This document shows positions 46,754 through 55,902 of a stretch of DNA of 64,000 bases, piece after piece; the stretch's first letter is position 1, and each line of letters begins with the position of its first letter. The position numbers and the translations under genes are program-made. The notes under the pieces were generated by a model. The model saw only the letters and a program-made list of their open reading frames with translations. It ran no database searches and was not told the origin of the DNA. Source of the DNA: a virus; the IMG/VR virus record IMGVR_UViG_3300018080_000105, positions 96,001 to 160,000 of that record; one strand, 5' to 3'.

Positions 46754-47908
46754 CTAGAGTACAAATTTCCCTGTCAACAAAGCATACGCGGCTTGTTCTA
46801 GTTTCTCCCGCCGCGAGGAGTCTACCTGTCGTGCAACCCACATGAGCGGAACGAACAGGTCATAAAGTTTACGCGAAGCGTAGCGAGCGGCCAGGTCATG
46901 GGTCTGAAATTCTGCGGCAGAATGCCGCCCCAAAGCACAGGCACGATCAACTACGTCGCGAGCCAGTGTACGGCCCACGCCCAACAAGGTTACCGCGCGG
47001 ATCAATCTCTTGCGATGCTCACGACGTGATTCATCAGAATTGCAGGCGTCAAATCCCATGGACTCGCCCTGCAGTCGGAGCAAGCCTTCGGTAATATCGT
47101 CACGACTCACAGATCGCTCAGCCACTTCACTCACCATGGCGGCAAGGCGAAGATGGAAGTTTTTGCCGGCGTGAGTCACCCGACCACCGTGCTTACGGTA
47201 GGAACCCAAGCACACACCAACAGGAGTAAAGGCCGCCACAGTCCCTCGGACTGACGTCCCTGTAGCTTCTCCATTGGTGAAATAATACCCGTCATAGACG
47301 TTGAACGCGTTACCGGCCACTGTGGTAGACGTCAAAGGATCACGCGATCGAAACCAAACCGTGAACTTTCGGCCCACCAGCATCGCTGCGTACACATCCA
47401 CGTCAGGCCGCACATCCGCCAACTCCTGCGTCGTGATTCCGAACAGCTCGAAATTACCGAGATACTGATGGGTCTTCCCAATCAGCCCTTCGATAGTCTT
47501 GGAGTCACGGTTCTTCAACAGGAGATACTTAGAAACCAACGGAAACCGCAACTCAACCAGCCAATTCCAGAACTCAATAGCGACCGTGCCGTCGGTCAGC
47601 AGTTCTTTCTCGGGTGGAAGTGTTATGGTCCCGCAAATATCAGGCATCATCTTGCTGAGGCCCGGAGCCAGCACCTGGGCAATCTGACTGAAAGCAGCTG
47701 CCGTCATCCGATAGCCACCATCAATCGTTTTACCCTGCAGGTCCAACTGCAACTCTGCTGGCTTTGACGGACTACGCCGCTCCGTGGTGTCATCCATGTG
47801 GCGGAGAGCCGCCTGCAACTCACCACGTTGCGCGTGATTAAACTGTATGACACGAGACGCCTCATACAGCTGCACGTTCCCATCTGTGCGCTCGTTATTC
47901 GTAGCCAT
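46754..47908 (-). CDS. hypothetical protein, possibly DUF932-like
   Basis: FTNGEATGTSVRG...VGVC segment resembles the DUF932 core; tentative. Confidence 0.4.
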   Translation of the reverse strand: MATNNERTDGNVQLYEASRVIQFNHAQRGELQAALRHMDDTTERRSPSKPAELQLDLQGKTIDGGYRMTAAAFSQIAQVLAPGLSKMMPDICGTITLPPEKELLTDGTVAIEFWNWLVELRFPLVSKYLLLKNRDSKTIEGLIGKTHQYLGNFELFGITTQELADVRPDVDVYAAMLVGRKFTVWFRSRDPLTSTTVAGNAFNVYDGYYFTNGEATGTSVRGTVAAFTPVGVCLGSYRKHGGRVTHAGKNFHLRLAAMVSEVAERSVSRDDITEGLLRLQGESMGFDACNSDESRREHRKRLIRAVTLLGVGRTLARDVVDRACALGRHSAAEFQTHDLAARYASRKLYDLFVPLMWVARQVDSSRREKLEQAAYALLTGKFVL

Positions 47909-48491
47909 CCTGCGGCGCCCAATCCGTGCCCACCGTCTGCATGAAACTCTTGAAGGACTCCAGCACGACTGTAGTACCTTCCCTCGCCATCGGGAATATC
48001 GTGCGAGGCCACGGATCTTCCCGTTCCTCTGCAGGCGTGAACACCTGGTTCTGAATCGGCTGGTTGTGGAGAGTCATCAAGAACGCATCTTTCGCATGGG
48101 GTAAGTTGAAAATCAACGCCGCCCGTTCTGTCCGCAGATCCACGCCGGCCAGATCAGCCTGTTCCATGTACTGCTTCCACCACGAAAGTTTACGAAAACG
48201 AGACTGCCCGTAAATATCAGCCATCTTGATCGTGTGCGTGAACTTAATCTTTTCCGACATCAAATGCACCGGGAACCCAGGAAAGTGCTCGGCAAACCAT
48301 GTGAAGTCGAGATCGTCATGCCCATGTACCGCAATAGCCTGCTGCTTACACAGCGACACATTGAACGGCACATTGGCATACCGCAAGATCTGTTTAACAA
48401 TCCGCTCCTGGAAAGACAGCTGCCGTTGTTGTTCAGCCTGCTGCCTATCAGAAGCGTCCAGCTTTTTGAAGAAGTCGTCCACACCGCTCAC
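47895..48491 (-). CDS. hypothetical protein
   Basis: coupled to recA stop. Confidence 0.65.
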   Translation of the reverse strand: MSGVDDFFKKLDASDRQQAEQQRQLSFQERIVKQILRYANVPFNVSLCKQQAIAVHGHDDLDFTWFAEHFPGFPVHLMSEKIKFTHTIKMADIYGQSRFRKLSWWKQYMEQADLAGVDLRTERAALIFNLPHAKDAFLMTLHNQPIQNQVFTPAEEREDPWPRTIFPMAREGTTVVLESFKSFMQTVGTDWAPQDGYE

Positions 48492-49789
48492 GAGTCAGTC
48501 TCCTCTGCCTCTGCTGCGGCATCTGTCACACCCTCAACAATCTGAGAATGCTCAGCAGCGGCTGCTTTCGCAGACATGTAATCCACACCAGGCTGGAACG
48601 GATACCGTTCCGTAATCCCTAGCATCGGATACAACTGCCGCAACTTGTCCGGGTGATTCTCCAGTGTGGCGGCCAGTGTACGGTAATCAACAGCGTCTTC
48701 GAGACCGATCTCCGTCGCTGCACACTTTCTGTTTGACCGCTGTGGTTTCAAACCCAACAAGTCCCTGATGTTGTTGTACAGGGTCTTCTTGCCTGAGACG
48801 TTCTCCAGCTTCAACAACATTTCGGTAGAAGCTGAATGCCAGTCCCACGCGGTATGTTGCCGCCATTCGCCCGAAGCGTCTTCCGCCATCCACCACTGCA
48901 ACTCCGCAGTGATCATTTTGCGACTTGGCCCCAGTGAGTTCTTCCGGGCCTTCATGTCCACCCGTAGACCTTGATACTCGGCTTTGTCGATATCGGCACC
49001 TGTCGATGCCTTCTTCATACCGATCTCGTAGGTCTCCATGAACTTGACAGCCTTACCCCCTGGCACACTCGACGTCGGTATCCCGCGAGCATCCGTTCCC
49101 GGTTTCTCGTGGTTCGTGCCGATGACCGTGAACGGATAGTCCTGGATACGGCGCGGCATCGTCCGCATGTACCTCGCAATCATGTTAGCCGCCAACGCGT
49201 ACCCGCGGACTGCGTGCCCATCTTTCTCGACCTGTTCGATCTCTGCTTGCGGCGCTGTAGCCATCAGAGAGTCGACCGCAATCGCAAACGGGAACGTCCG
49301 GCCAGGACCGTCTGCTGCGTCCATGGTCTTGGCCATGTTCTTCGAGAAATAGGTGAAGACGTCCTGCCACTCTTCGAGGCTGTGTGTCTTCTTAACCATC
49401 AAGCGATTGATCCACTCTTCATTCCACATCAACAACGAGTGACGTAGTTCCGGAGAGTCTTTGTTTTCGTTCTCAGCCAGTACCGCCCCACCACCGTAGA
49501 ACATGTGCCAGCGGAAGACCTCGTACAGGAAGGCCGACTTTGCCGAACCTTCCTGCCCAATGATCTGTATGATCCGCGATAGAGGAAGCATGGTTGACTG
49601 AAACAAGTATCGCAAAGACAGCGCTGGCAACGGCAGTCCCACGAGACTGCTCTGTGCTTCCACGCCGATCGATATCTCGTCTCCCATGTCCGCCTGGGCC
49701 TGATCTCGCATCGCTGCGAACATCCCATTCAGATTCTGTTCCCGTACTTCCCCTGCCCACTGATCAGCCTTACGGCGTCGCTTTGCCAT
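48488..49789 (-). CDS. recA: RecA/UvsX-family recombinase
   Basis: IIQIIGQEGSAKS Walker A, IAVDSL Walker B, VIGTNH, PGGKAVKF, KARKNSLGP. Confidence 0.85.
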   Translation of the reverse strand: MAKRRRKADQWAGEVREQNLNGMFAAMRDQAQADMGDEISIGVEAQSSLVGLPLPALSLRYLFQSTMLPLSRIIQIIGQEGSAKSAFLYEVFRWHMFYGGGAVLAENENKDSPELRHSLLMWNEEWINRLMVKKTHSLEEWQDVFTYFSKNMAKTMDAADGPGRTFPFAIAVDSLMATAPQAEIEQVEKDGHAVRGYALAANMIARYMRTMPRRIQDYPFTVIGTNHEKPGTDARGIPTSSVPGGKAVKFMETYEIGMKKASTGADIDKAEYQGLRVDMKARKNSLGPSRKMITAELQWWMAEDASGEWRQHTAWDWHSASTEMLLKLENVSGKKTLYNNIRDLLGLKPQRSNRKCAATEIGLEDAVDYRTLAATLENHPDKLRQLYPMLGITERYPFQPGVDYMSAKAAAAEHSQIVEGVTDAAAEAEETDS

Positions 49790-49805
49790 TCGTGTATGCC
49801 TCCAC

Positions 49806-49838
49806 ATAGAAAGAGGGGCGAGCAGCGCCCGCCCCTCT
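49806..49838 (-). terminator. probable terminator hairpin
   Basis: AGAGGGGCG/CGCCCCTCT 9-bp stem between SSB-like gene and recA. Confidence 0.5.
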
Positions 49839-49858
49839 GAAGTAATCCGTTACGGGCG

Positions 49859-51448
49859 TTACTGCCCTGCGGCGGTTGCCGCTGCCGCCAGCGCTGCTGC
49901 GGCTCGTCCTGTGGGCGCAGCTGCAGGCGCAGCTGCAGGCGCTGCCGGGGCCGCGCCTTCAGTCCCCGGCTGCTGAACAGCAACCGGTGGTGCTGCCGGG
50001 GCTGCGGCCGGAGGTGCTGCCGGCGGTGCTCCTGCCGGAGTGCCAGGCACCGCTGCAGGCGTCGCTGCTGCCGGCGGGGCCGCAGCGGCCGGCGGAGCAG
50101 CCACAGGAGGCGGTGCTACGCCGGGGACAGCTCCTGGTGCAGCATCCGCAGCATACGGCGACGGCGGTGCCGTAGGCGTAGCTGGGGCCGCCGGAGCGGC
50201 CGGAGGCGCTGCCGAAGCAGGGGCAGCTGGCGTGGCAGGCGGAGCTGCTGCAGCAGGCGGAGCAGCAACCGGAGGGGCTGCTGCTGCGGGAGGTGCCGCG
50301 ACAGGCGGGGCAGCTGCCGGCGGAGCTTCAGCAGGCGGATAGTACCCACCTGTCTGAGGTACCGCCACCTGGTGAGCCTGAACAGCCGCTTCACGCGTAC
50401 CTTCTGGGATCCAGTCCGGATGATCCGCCCACGCATACAGAATCAAATTGGCCGGGAAACCGGGAGCGATCGCGAACGCTTGCTCCTGGAACGTCGGGAA
50501 CCAGAAGATATCTTCCCAACGCATGATGCGCTGGCGGACAAATTCTTCATACCCAGACCAGTCAGCTGTCACACCGCCTGTCCCACCATAGTTGTCGGAC
50601 AAGAAGCAACCGTAACCCTTCGGAGCATTGGCCTGCTGAGCCTGCCCTGGCAGAAATGCCCCGGCCACAGGGGCCGTAGGGGCCGTAGGCGCTGCAGGCG
50701 CGCCGGGGGCGGCGGCCCGCGACCAGGCTTCCGGCCCACGCGCCTGCGGATCGCCATCTTCCAGCCGATAGAACGACACGTACTTACCCGTCGCCAGCGG
50801 TAACGGGTCACCATTGGCGTAGATTGCGTCCCAGTCACCAGGCGCAGCAGCACTGGCTTCCGGACTCAACAATTCCAACTGTTCCAGCAGTGCGTTACAC
50901 GCTGACGTCGAAAGACAAAACAGCACCGTACGATCCTGAAGACCAACCGGCAACTCTGCGTGCGGGTTCCACGCCTTGGTGTCGTTCTGCACCAACGCAC
51001 CCTGCACGAAGTACGCCGTCTTGGGCGCTGTCAGTTCCGCAGAGCGGCCAGCCCCGCCGTCCAGCAAACCAGCCCACCCTGGCTGTTCCTGCTTGTTCTT
51101 CTTGGCGCGACGACACGCCTCGTAGAGCACACTAGCCGGGCTCGGAAGGGATGTCATCGTAGGATCCATCGGATCCTTAGTAATCATGTTCAGCTGATTG
51201 GAGCCGAAACTGCGAATCGTCTCGTACCCGCGAATCCAGTCTGAATAATCGCGTTCTTCACTGCTGTTGCGGAACGGAAGAAACTGCCCCGTCTCGACGT
51301 CAACCGCCGGAAAGATTCTCACCGTCGTCACTGCATTCTGCTTCCACGACGGCTTGTACACTGACACGTCGGATCGCAACGTGTAGTGATTGTAGCGCTC
51401 CCCTTGGGTCGCATGCCCGTGTTGGGCGAAACTATAACCAGTCATCAA
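49859..51448 (-). CDS. probable ssDNA-binding protein (gp32-like) with Ala/Pro tail
   Basis: position between polA and recA; TVRIFP motif; ~170-aa APPAAA low-complexity C-terminus. Confidence 0.5.
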   Translation of the reverse strand: MMTGYSFAQHGHATQGERYNHYTLRSDVSVYKPSWKQNAVTTVRIFPAVDVETGQFLPFRNSSEERDYSDWIRGYETIRSFGSNQLNMITKDPMDPTMTSLPSPASVLYEACRRAKKNKQEQPGWAGLLDGGAGRSAELTAPKTAYFVQGALVQNDTKAWNPHAELPVGLQDRTVLFCLSTSACNALLEQLELLSPEASAAAPGDWDAIYANGDPLPLATGKYVSFYRLEDGDPQARGPEAWSRAAAPGAPAAPTAPTAPVAGAFLPGQAQQANAPKGYGCFLSDNYGGTGGVTADWSGYEEFVRQRIMRWEDIFWFPTFQEQAFAIAPGFPANLILYAWADHPDWIPEGTREAAVQAHQVAVPQTGGYYPPAEAPPAAAPPVAAPPAAAAPPVAAPPAAAAPPATPAAPASAAPPAAPAAPATPTAPPSPYAADAAPGAVPGVAPPPVAAPPAAAAPPAAATPAAVPGTPAGAPPAAPPAAAPAAPPVAVQQPGTEGAAPAAPAAAPAAAPTGRAAAALAAAATAAGQ

Positions 51449-51516
51449 ACACTCCTAAAAGACAGCGGCGGACACCCCGCCGCGAACCATAAAGTTTACC
51501 AGCATTCTGCCGGTAA

Positions 51517-54500
51517 TCACGCGCACACCAGTACCTCTGGCTGAATTCCGAGAGAACTCAGAAGTTCGTCAGAGGGATCTTCGCCCCAGTTGACTTGGAC
51601 GTCGTAATCGATGCCGAAATGATACGGCTCCGCGACATTCATCGGGGTATTGTCAAGGTACCGGGGCCATATCGGTACGCGCTGGACCATGTGCTGTCGC
51701 AACACGTTCTGCAGGAAATCCTGCAGCTCGGAAATTGGCACCTGAAACAGCAAAGCATCATGAATCTGCAGCAACAGTTTGTAACCGTACTGCGGATTAT
51801 CCTGCTTATGCTTGTGAAAATTGTAGATCGCCAGCCAGATCGCATCAGCGACCATGTTCTGAATCGGGAAGTTCTGCGACTGGCGCTCCTGTTCGCCAAT
51901 CACGCCCCTGTCGTGGGCAGGGATGAACCGCCGCATACGGCCGAACGAACCAGCCATCCAACGATCCTCCTGGGATCGCCGACGACATTCTGCCAGGAAC
52001 GCAGCAGTTCCCGGGTAGCGTACGAAATACTGGTCGATCATCGCCTGACAATCATCGACGGAGACTTCAACACCCTCTTCCTTACACTGCCGTGCGATCG
52101 CCTCTGCGGATCGCCCGTAAGGAATACCGAAGTTCACGTTCTTCGCCGCCACTCGTAAAGGTGAGTGTCCGGCATTCTTCAGTCCCTTCTTGGTCGGGTC
52201 GCACTGAAGTTGGAACGTGTCAACGGCCGTGTGAGAGTGGATATCGTAGTGAAGAGGATCAGACTCGGGCAACGCATTACGTCGCACGTGTTCGATCATG
52301 TTGGGGTCGTCAGCAAGCCAGGCGATCCCCGCCAGCTCCGCCCCGGTGTAGTCAGCCTCGACCAGCACATGCCCCTCTTCCGCACAAAAGATCGTACGGA
52401 TGGGCGAGAGATACAGTGCCTGCTCAAAGACGTCAACGTAATCACCACGTACCGTGGTTACGCCTTCCTCGTTGGTAACTTCGGTACCCAGAATACGAGA
52501 GTAGTCACCTTCACGACGTTTGGAGATATTCTGCAGCGGCGGACGGGAAGACGCCCCTCGCCCAGTTTCTTTGTTCTGGGAGATATGCGTATGGACCTTC
52601 CCGTCATGTTGTGCCGCCGCTGCGAGGCCTTTGTCATAGACAAGTGCCCCTTGGGCGTCACGCTTCCAACCCGTCCCGTCCTCATTCAGTACGGGTGGTC
52701 GCAACGGACCCTTCAAAACCTGGGTGATGAACTTTAGGTCGCGGAGCATCATCGCCAGGGGATTCTCATGGCCTAAAATCCCCAGTACCTCCTTGTCGGA
52801 ACTCGGAGTGTACTTGTGCTGTTCTCCGCGGGTGATGATATCAGCCCACAGCTTCGACCGACGGCCGGTGCTTTTCACCGGTGTCAGTCCCAACGTTATA
52901 GACCCAGGCGGTCGAATGGAAATCCGCTGCCCTGTTGTTTTGTCAACTTTCTTGGAGTAGTCATCCCCAAACAGGAATGCAACACACTGAGGAGTAGATT
53001 CCGGATTGAAGTCAGGCCACCCAATCTGCTCCCTGAAGTGGGCCAACAGACGGTCACGTGCATAAATGAACAACGTGGTCAACCGGTCCACTCGATCACG
53101 GTCCAACTTGATCCCAGTCATCTCCATTTCCAGCACACCGAGACTGGCACAATGAGATCGCCAATATGGCTCCCAGGACGAAATACCGTTCCAGTCGGAG
53201 TCCAGCAACCCGCCGTCTTTCATGTGCTCGATAGCGATGCGTCGCGTCACATCCGGGTCATACTGGGCGTAGTTATCGCCCCACTCAGGGTCGGTCGGCT
53301 CTGGGTGCAGAATCCACTGCGGAAGGAAACCATACCCCTCCAGATCCTCCTTCTTGATATTGTGCGCCGCACAGTACCCGGTAATGTGCGCTTTCAGCCG
53401 GGTGTCATACACAGGGGCCGACGTCAGCCGTACAGTCATGTCGGTCAATCGGTACGAAGCAGTCTCGTTGACTGCATGGTATTGCAGTCCCGTGTCGAAC
53501 CCGCCCTCTGTGCGGCACAGCTCTGGGGAGTCCGGCGGCGCGTACTCTTCACGAATGTCCAAACCTTCTGCAATCAGCCACGGAAGGTCAGCCCGCAAGA
53601 AGTGACCACCAGGCCGAGGAAACCAACCACGATCCGGGTCGCGTTTCAAAAGACGCGTCAACTCATGGATTGCGTGGCCGATAGACGGCTTGAACGCCGG
53701 CTCCCCGCCCTGGTGGCGTAGCACAACATTGATACCCTCGCCGTGCTTGGAACTGAACTGAATGTTCCGTAAATAAGAACCAGGGTTCCCCGGGTGTTCC
53801 CCTTCCCACTCGCCGTCGACCGCAATCACCCGACGCCATGGGTCAGGATCAGCCATGATCTCATCCACAATCGCCTTCAGTTCGCGATGCTTGTAGATAT
53901 TGCGGTGATCAATGAACGACTCCTGCTTCCCGATATCCGCGCCACGAGTCAGGGCAATGAACTGCCCGACCTGCGCACGGAACTCAGGATAAGTCTCAGG
54001 GGTACGCCACACAGCGCCTGGCGCTGTCGCGGCCATCACCTTGATCGTGTGATAGCACGGCTCTTCATCCAGCGTACTATGCAGCGGGATGATGATTTCC
54101 TCCACACGACCAGTCATCGCCTGCACACCGTAACTCGTCCCCAGCAGCCACTTCGAGGCGTCGGAGCCGAGGCACAACAGATACTTCGGACGCACCAGTC
54201 GCAGGGTCTGCTGCAGAAGAACGTTGCAATCTTTCTTGTGGGCCATTGGCAACGAGTCAGACTGCGGATCCAGCTGCGGCCAGTGAACCAGATTATCAAC
54301 GTAGAACGCATCACGTTCCCGTCCAACATCCCACTCGTCGAGAGCATCCATCAAAATCTGGGCACTCTCGCCGACAAAGTTTCGCCGTTGTGCGACGTCG
54401 TCTTTGCCGGGCATCTTCCCGAGGATCATCACATCCGCCGGCCGCGGGCCGCCCATGCCGTTCGCCGTATCAGCTCCCAACAAGTGGCCCGGAACCATCG

Positions 54501-54801
54501 GAGCATTCACCACGCCAGATTTGATGCTGACCGGCATAGTGAACTGCTCGTCGTAAAGTGCTCTGTGATACAGATAGGGCAGATTCACTCCGCACGCGAT
54601 CAATGTCTTATCAGACTGTCGCTGCCCCTCGTACACAGGCTCGTCATCACCCTGTCCGACAGCGGCGGCCACAAAGTTTGGGCCAGGTAGCGGCATCCCA
54701 GGGGCTGTCAGCGGGTAAAACGGAAACTGCTCTGCAGCCTGCTGGCTCATTCTGCCGTTGCGCAATTCCTGCAACAGCGCTGCTCGATGGATCATCTGCA
54801 T
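51517..54801 (-). CDS. polA: family A DNA polymerase with N-terminal uracil-DNA glycosylase-like domain
   Basis: UDG4-like VMILGKMPG..D..FVG.S, RPKYLLCLG; exo AVDGEW; pol motifs A (EADYTGAEL), B (RVAAKNVNFGIPYG), C (LQIHDAL). Confidence 0.92.
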   Translation of the reverse strand: MQMIHRAALLQELRNGRMSQQAAEQFPFYPLTAPGMPLPGPNFVAAAVGQGDDEPVYEGQRQSDKTLIACGVNLPYLYHRALYDEQFTMPVSIKSGVVNAPMVPGHLLGADTANGMGGPRPADVMILGKMPGKDDVAQRRNFVGESAQILMDALDEWDVGRERDAFYVDNLVHWPQLDPQSDSLPMAHKKDCNVLLQQTLRLVRPKYLLCLGSDASKWLLGTSYGVQAMTGRVEEIIIPLHSTLDEEPCYHTIKVMAATAPGAVWRTPETYPEFRAQVGQFIALTRGADIGKQESFIDHRNIYKHRELKAIVDEIMADPDPWRRVIAVDGEWEGEHPGNPGSYLRNIQFSSKHGEGINVVLRHQGGEPAFKPSIGHAIHELTRLLKRDPDRGWFPRPGGHFLRADLPWLIAEGLDIREEYAPPDSPELCRTEGGFDTGLQYHAVNETASYRLTDMTVRLTSAPVYDTRLKAHITGYCAAHNIKKEDLEGYGFLPQWILHPEPTDPEWGDNYAQYDPDVTRRIAIEHMKDGGLLDSDWNGISSWEPYWRSHCASLGVLEMEMTGIKLDRDRVDRLTTLFIYARDRLLAHFREQIGWPDFNPESTPQCVAFLFGDDYSKKVDKTTGQRISIRPPGSITLGLTPVKSTGRRSKLWADIITRGEQHKYTPSSDKEVLGILGHENPLAMMLRDLKFITQVLKGPLRPPVLNEDGTGWKRDAQGALVYDKGLAAAAQHDGKVHTHISQNKETGRGASSRPPLQNISKRREGDYSRILGTEVTNEEGVTTVRGDYVDVFEQALYLSPIRTIFCAEEGHVLVEADYTGAELAGIAWLADDPNMIEHVRRNALPESDPLHYDIHSHTAVDTFQLQCDPTKKGLKNAGHSPLRVAAKNVNFGIPYGRSAEAIARQCKEEGVEVSVDDCQAMIDQYFVRYPGTAAFLAECRRRSQEDRWMAGSFGRMRRFIPAHDRGVIGEQERQSQNFPIQNMVADAIWLAIYNFHKHKQDNPQYGYKLLLQIHDALLFQVPISELQDFLQNVLRQHMVQRVPIWPRYLDNTPMNVAEPYHFGIDYDVQVNWGEDPSDELLSSLGIQPEVLVCA
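53768..53780 (+). promoter_or_regulatory. CGTAAATAAGAAC motif copy (1 mismatch), intragenic
   Basis: inside polA; may be incidental. Confidence 0.3.
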
Positions 54802-54807
54802 GCCTTC

Positions 54808-55902
54808 CTAACGCGTTGGCAGGGATACTCCACATGCCGCCGCGGAACTGTAAATGATGTTCCAGATGGTTTGGCGATCGTAATCACCAACATCGAAACC
54901 GTCCGGCAACCGCACCTGGATCGGAATCAGGTGATGTTGCTGCAGCATCGCCACAGTGGCCGCTGTCTCTTTCTGTGCGTCAGGGTCCAGAATCAGAATC
55001 ACAGGCTTCTGCGGCCACGTGTTCACAATCCGGTTCAGATGAAACGGCGAAATCTTCTTGCCCAGAATTGGCATCGCCGCGTCACCGATTACGTGTTGGT
55101 CCGTCACACCTTCCACAATCACCGGAAACGGTTGATACCGTGCCGCGTCGTAGTTGTGCAAAAACCACTTCTTCTTCATACCCGGCATCCCGTAATACTT
55201 CGGAACCCGGGACCAATCCGCGTCCCCGATGAAACGACCCTGCCAACCTTGCAACTCCCCGTCCATACGGAGGGGGAAGATCACACGGTTATTAGCAGGG
55301 AAGAACTTCGGTAGAGCGTGAGTGCAAAAACTGATCTCGTGCTTGTCAAGGAGTGCCGGTGTGTAACGCCGATCATCGCACATGTACCTGACTGCCGGGT
55401 GATTCGGCATGCTCTGGATCATCTGTGTCAACGGCACCAAAGTGCCCGGCATCTCGACTTTTACCTGTTGAGTGTTATCGCCCCAGGCTTCGCTGTGTTG
55501 TTCCACATTGAAGACAGGCAAGTGCCTGACGTTCGCGTTCCGGAAACCGTACACAGTGTCCTTCAGCTTCAACCAATTCTCGGGGTTCGACAGGCAATCC
55601 TCGTTGTAACAGGTTGCCAGGAAGAACATCCGATGGCCGTCATCATCCGGCTGTCCGTAACGATGATTCACCCACAGCCTGTGTCTCGTGTCCTCGCAGA
55701 ACGGGCAATTCACGCAGTAGTATTCACCCGGTTGGACGATCTGCGTCGAATACGTTCCGTTGTTAAGCCGCGTACGGCTCGCGTAAAACTCTTCTCCCTC
55801 GTTGGCGATCTGTACGCCCCCGGGAAAGTGCCGATCCAGCTGTGTGTACAACGCGGGAGTGAGCACCGATCGGTTTTGGTTGTGATAGAGAAGATCTGTC
55901 AT
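54808..55902 (-). CDS. dnaG: DnaG-like primase (Zn finger + TOPRIM)
   Basis: VNCPFC..CYNEDC; IVEGVTD; LILDPDA; DVGD. Confidence 0.85.
   Translation of the reverse strand: MTDLLYHNQNRSVLTPALYTQLDRHFPGGVQIANEGEEFYASRTRLNNGTYSTQIVQPGEYYCVNCPFCEDTRHRLWVNHRYGQPDDDGHRMFFLATCYNEDCLSNPENWLKLKDTVYGFRNANVRHLPVFNVEQHSEAWGDNTQQVKVEMPGTLVPLTQMIQSMPNHPAVRYMCDDRRYTPALLDKHEISFCTHALPKFFPANNRVIFPLRMDGELQGWQGRFIGDADWSRVPKYYGMPGMKKKWFLHNYDAARYQPFPVIVEGVTDQHVIGDAAMPILGKKISPFHLNRIVNTWPQKPVILILDPDAQKETAATVAMLQQHHLIPIQVRLPDGFDVGDYDRQTIWNIIYSSAAACGVSLPTR

Noticed and set aside
49860-50400. GC-rich repeats at the end of the SSB-like gene as a second guide array
   Set aside because: Periodicity is 3 (GCN/CCN codons for Ala/Pro) within an open frame; no linker
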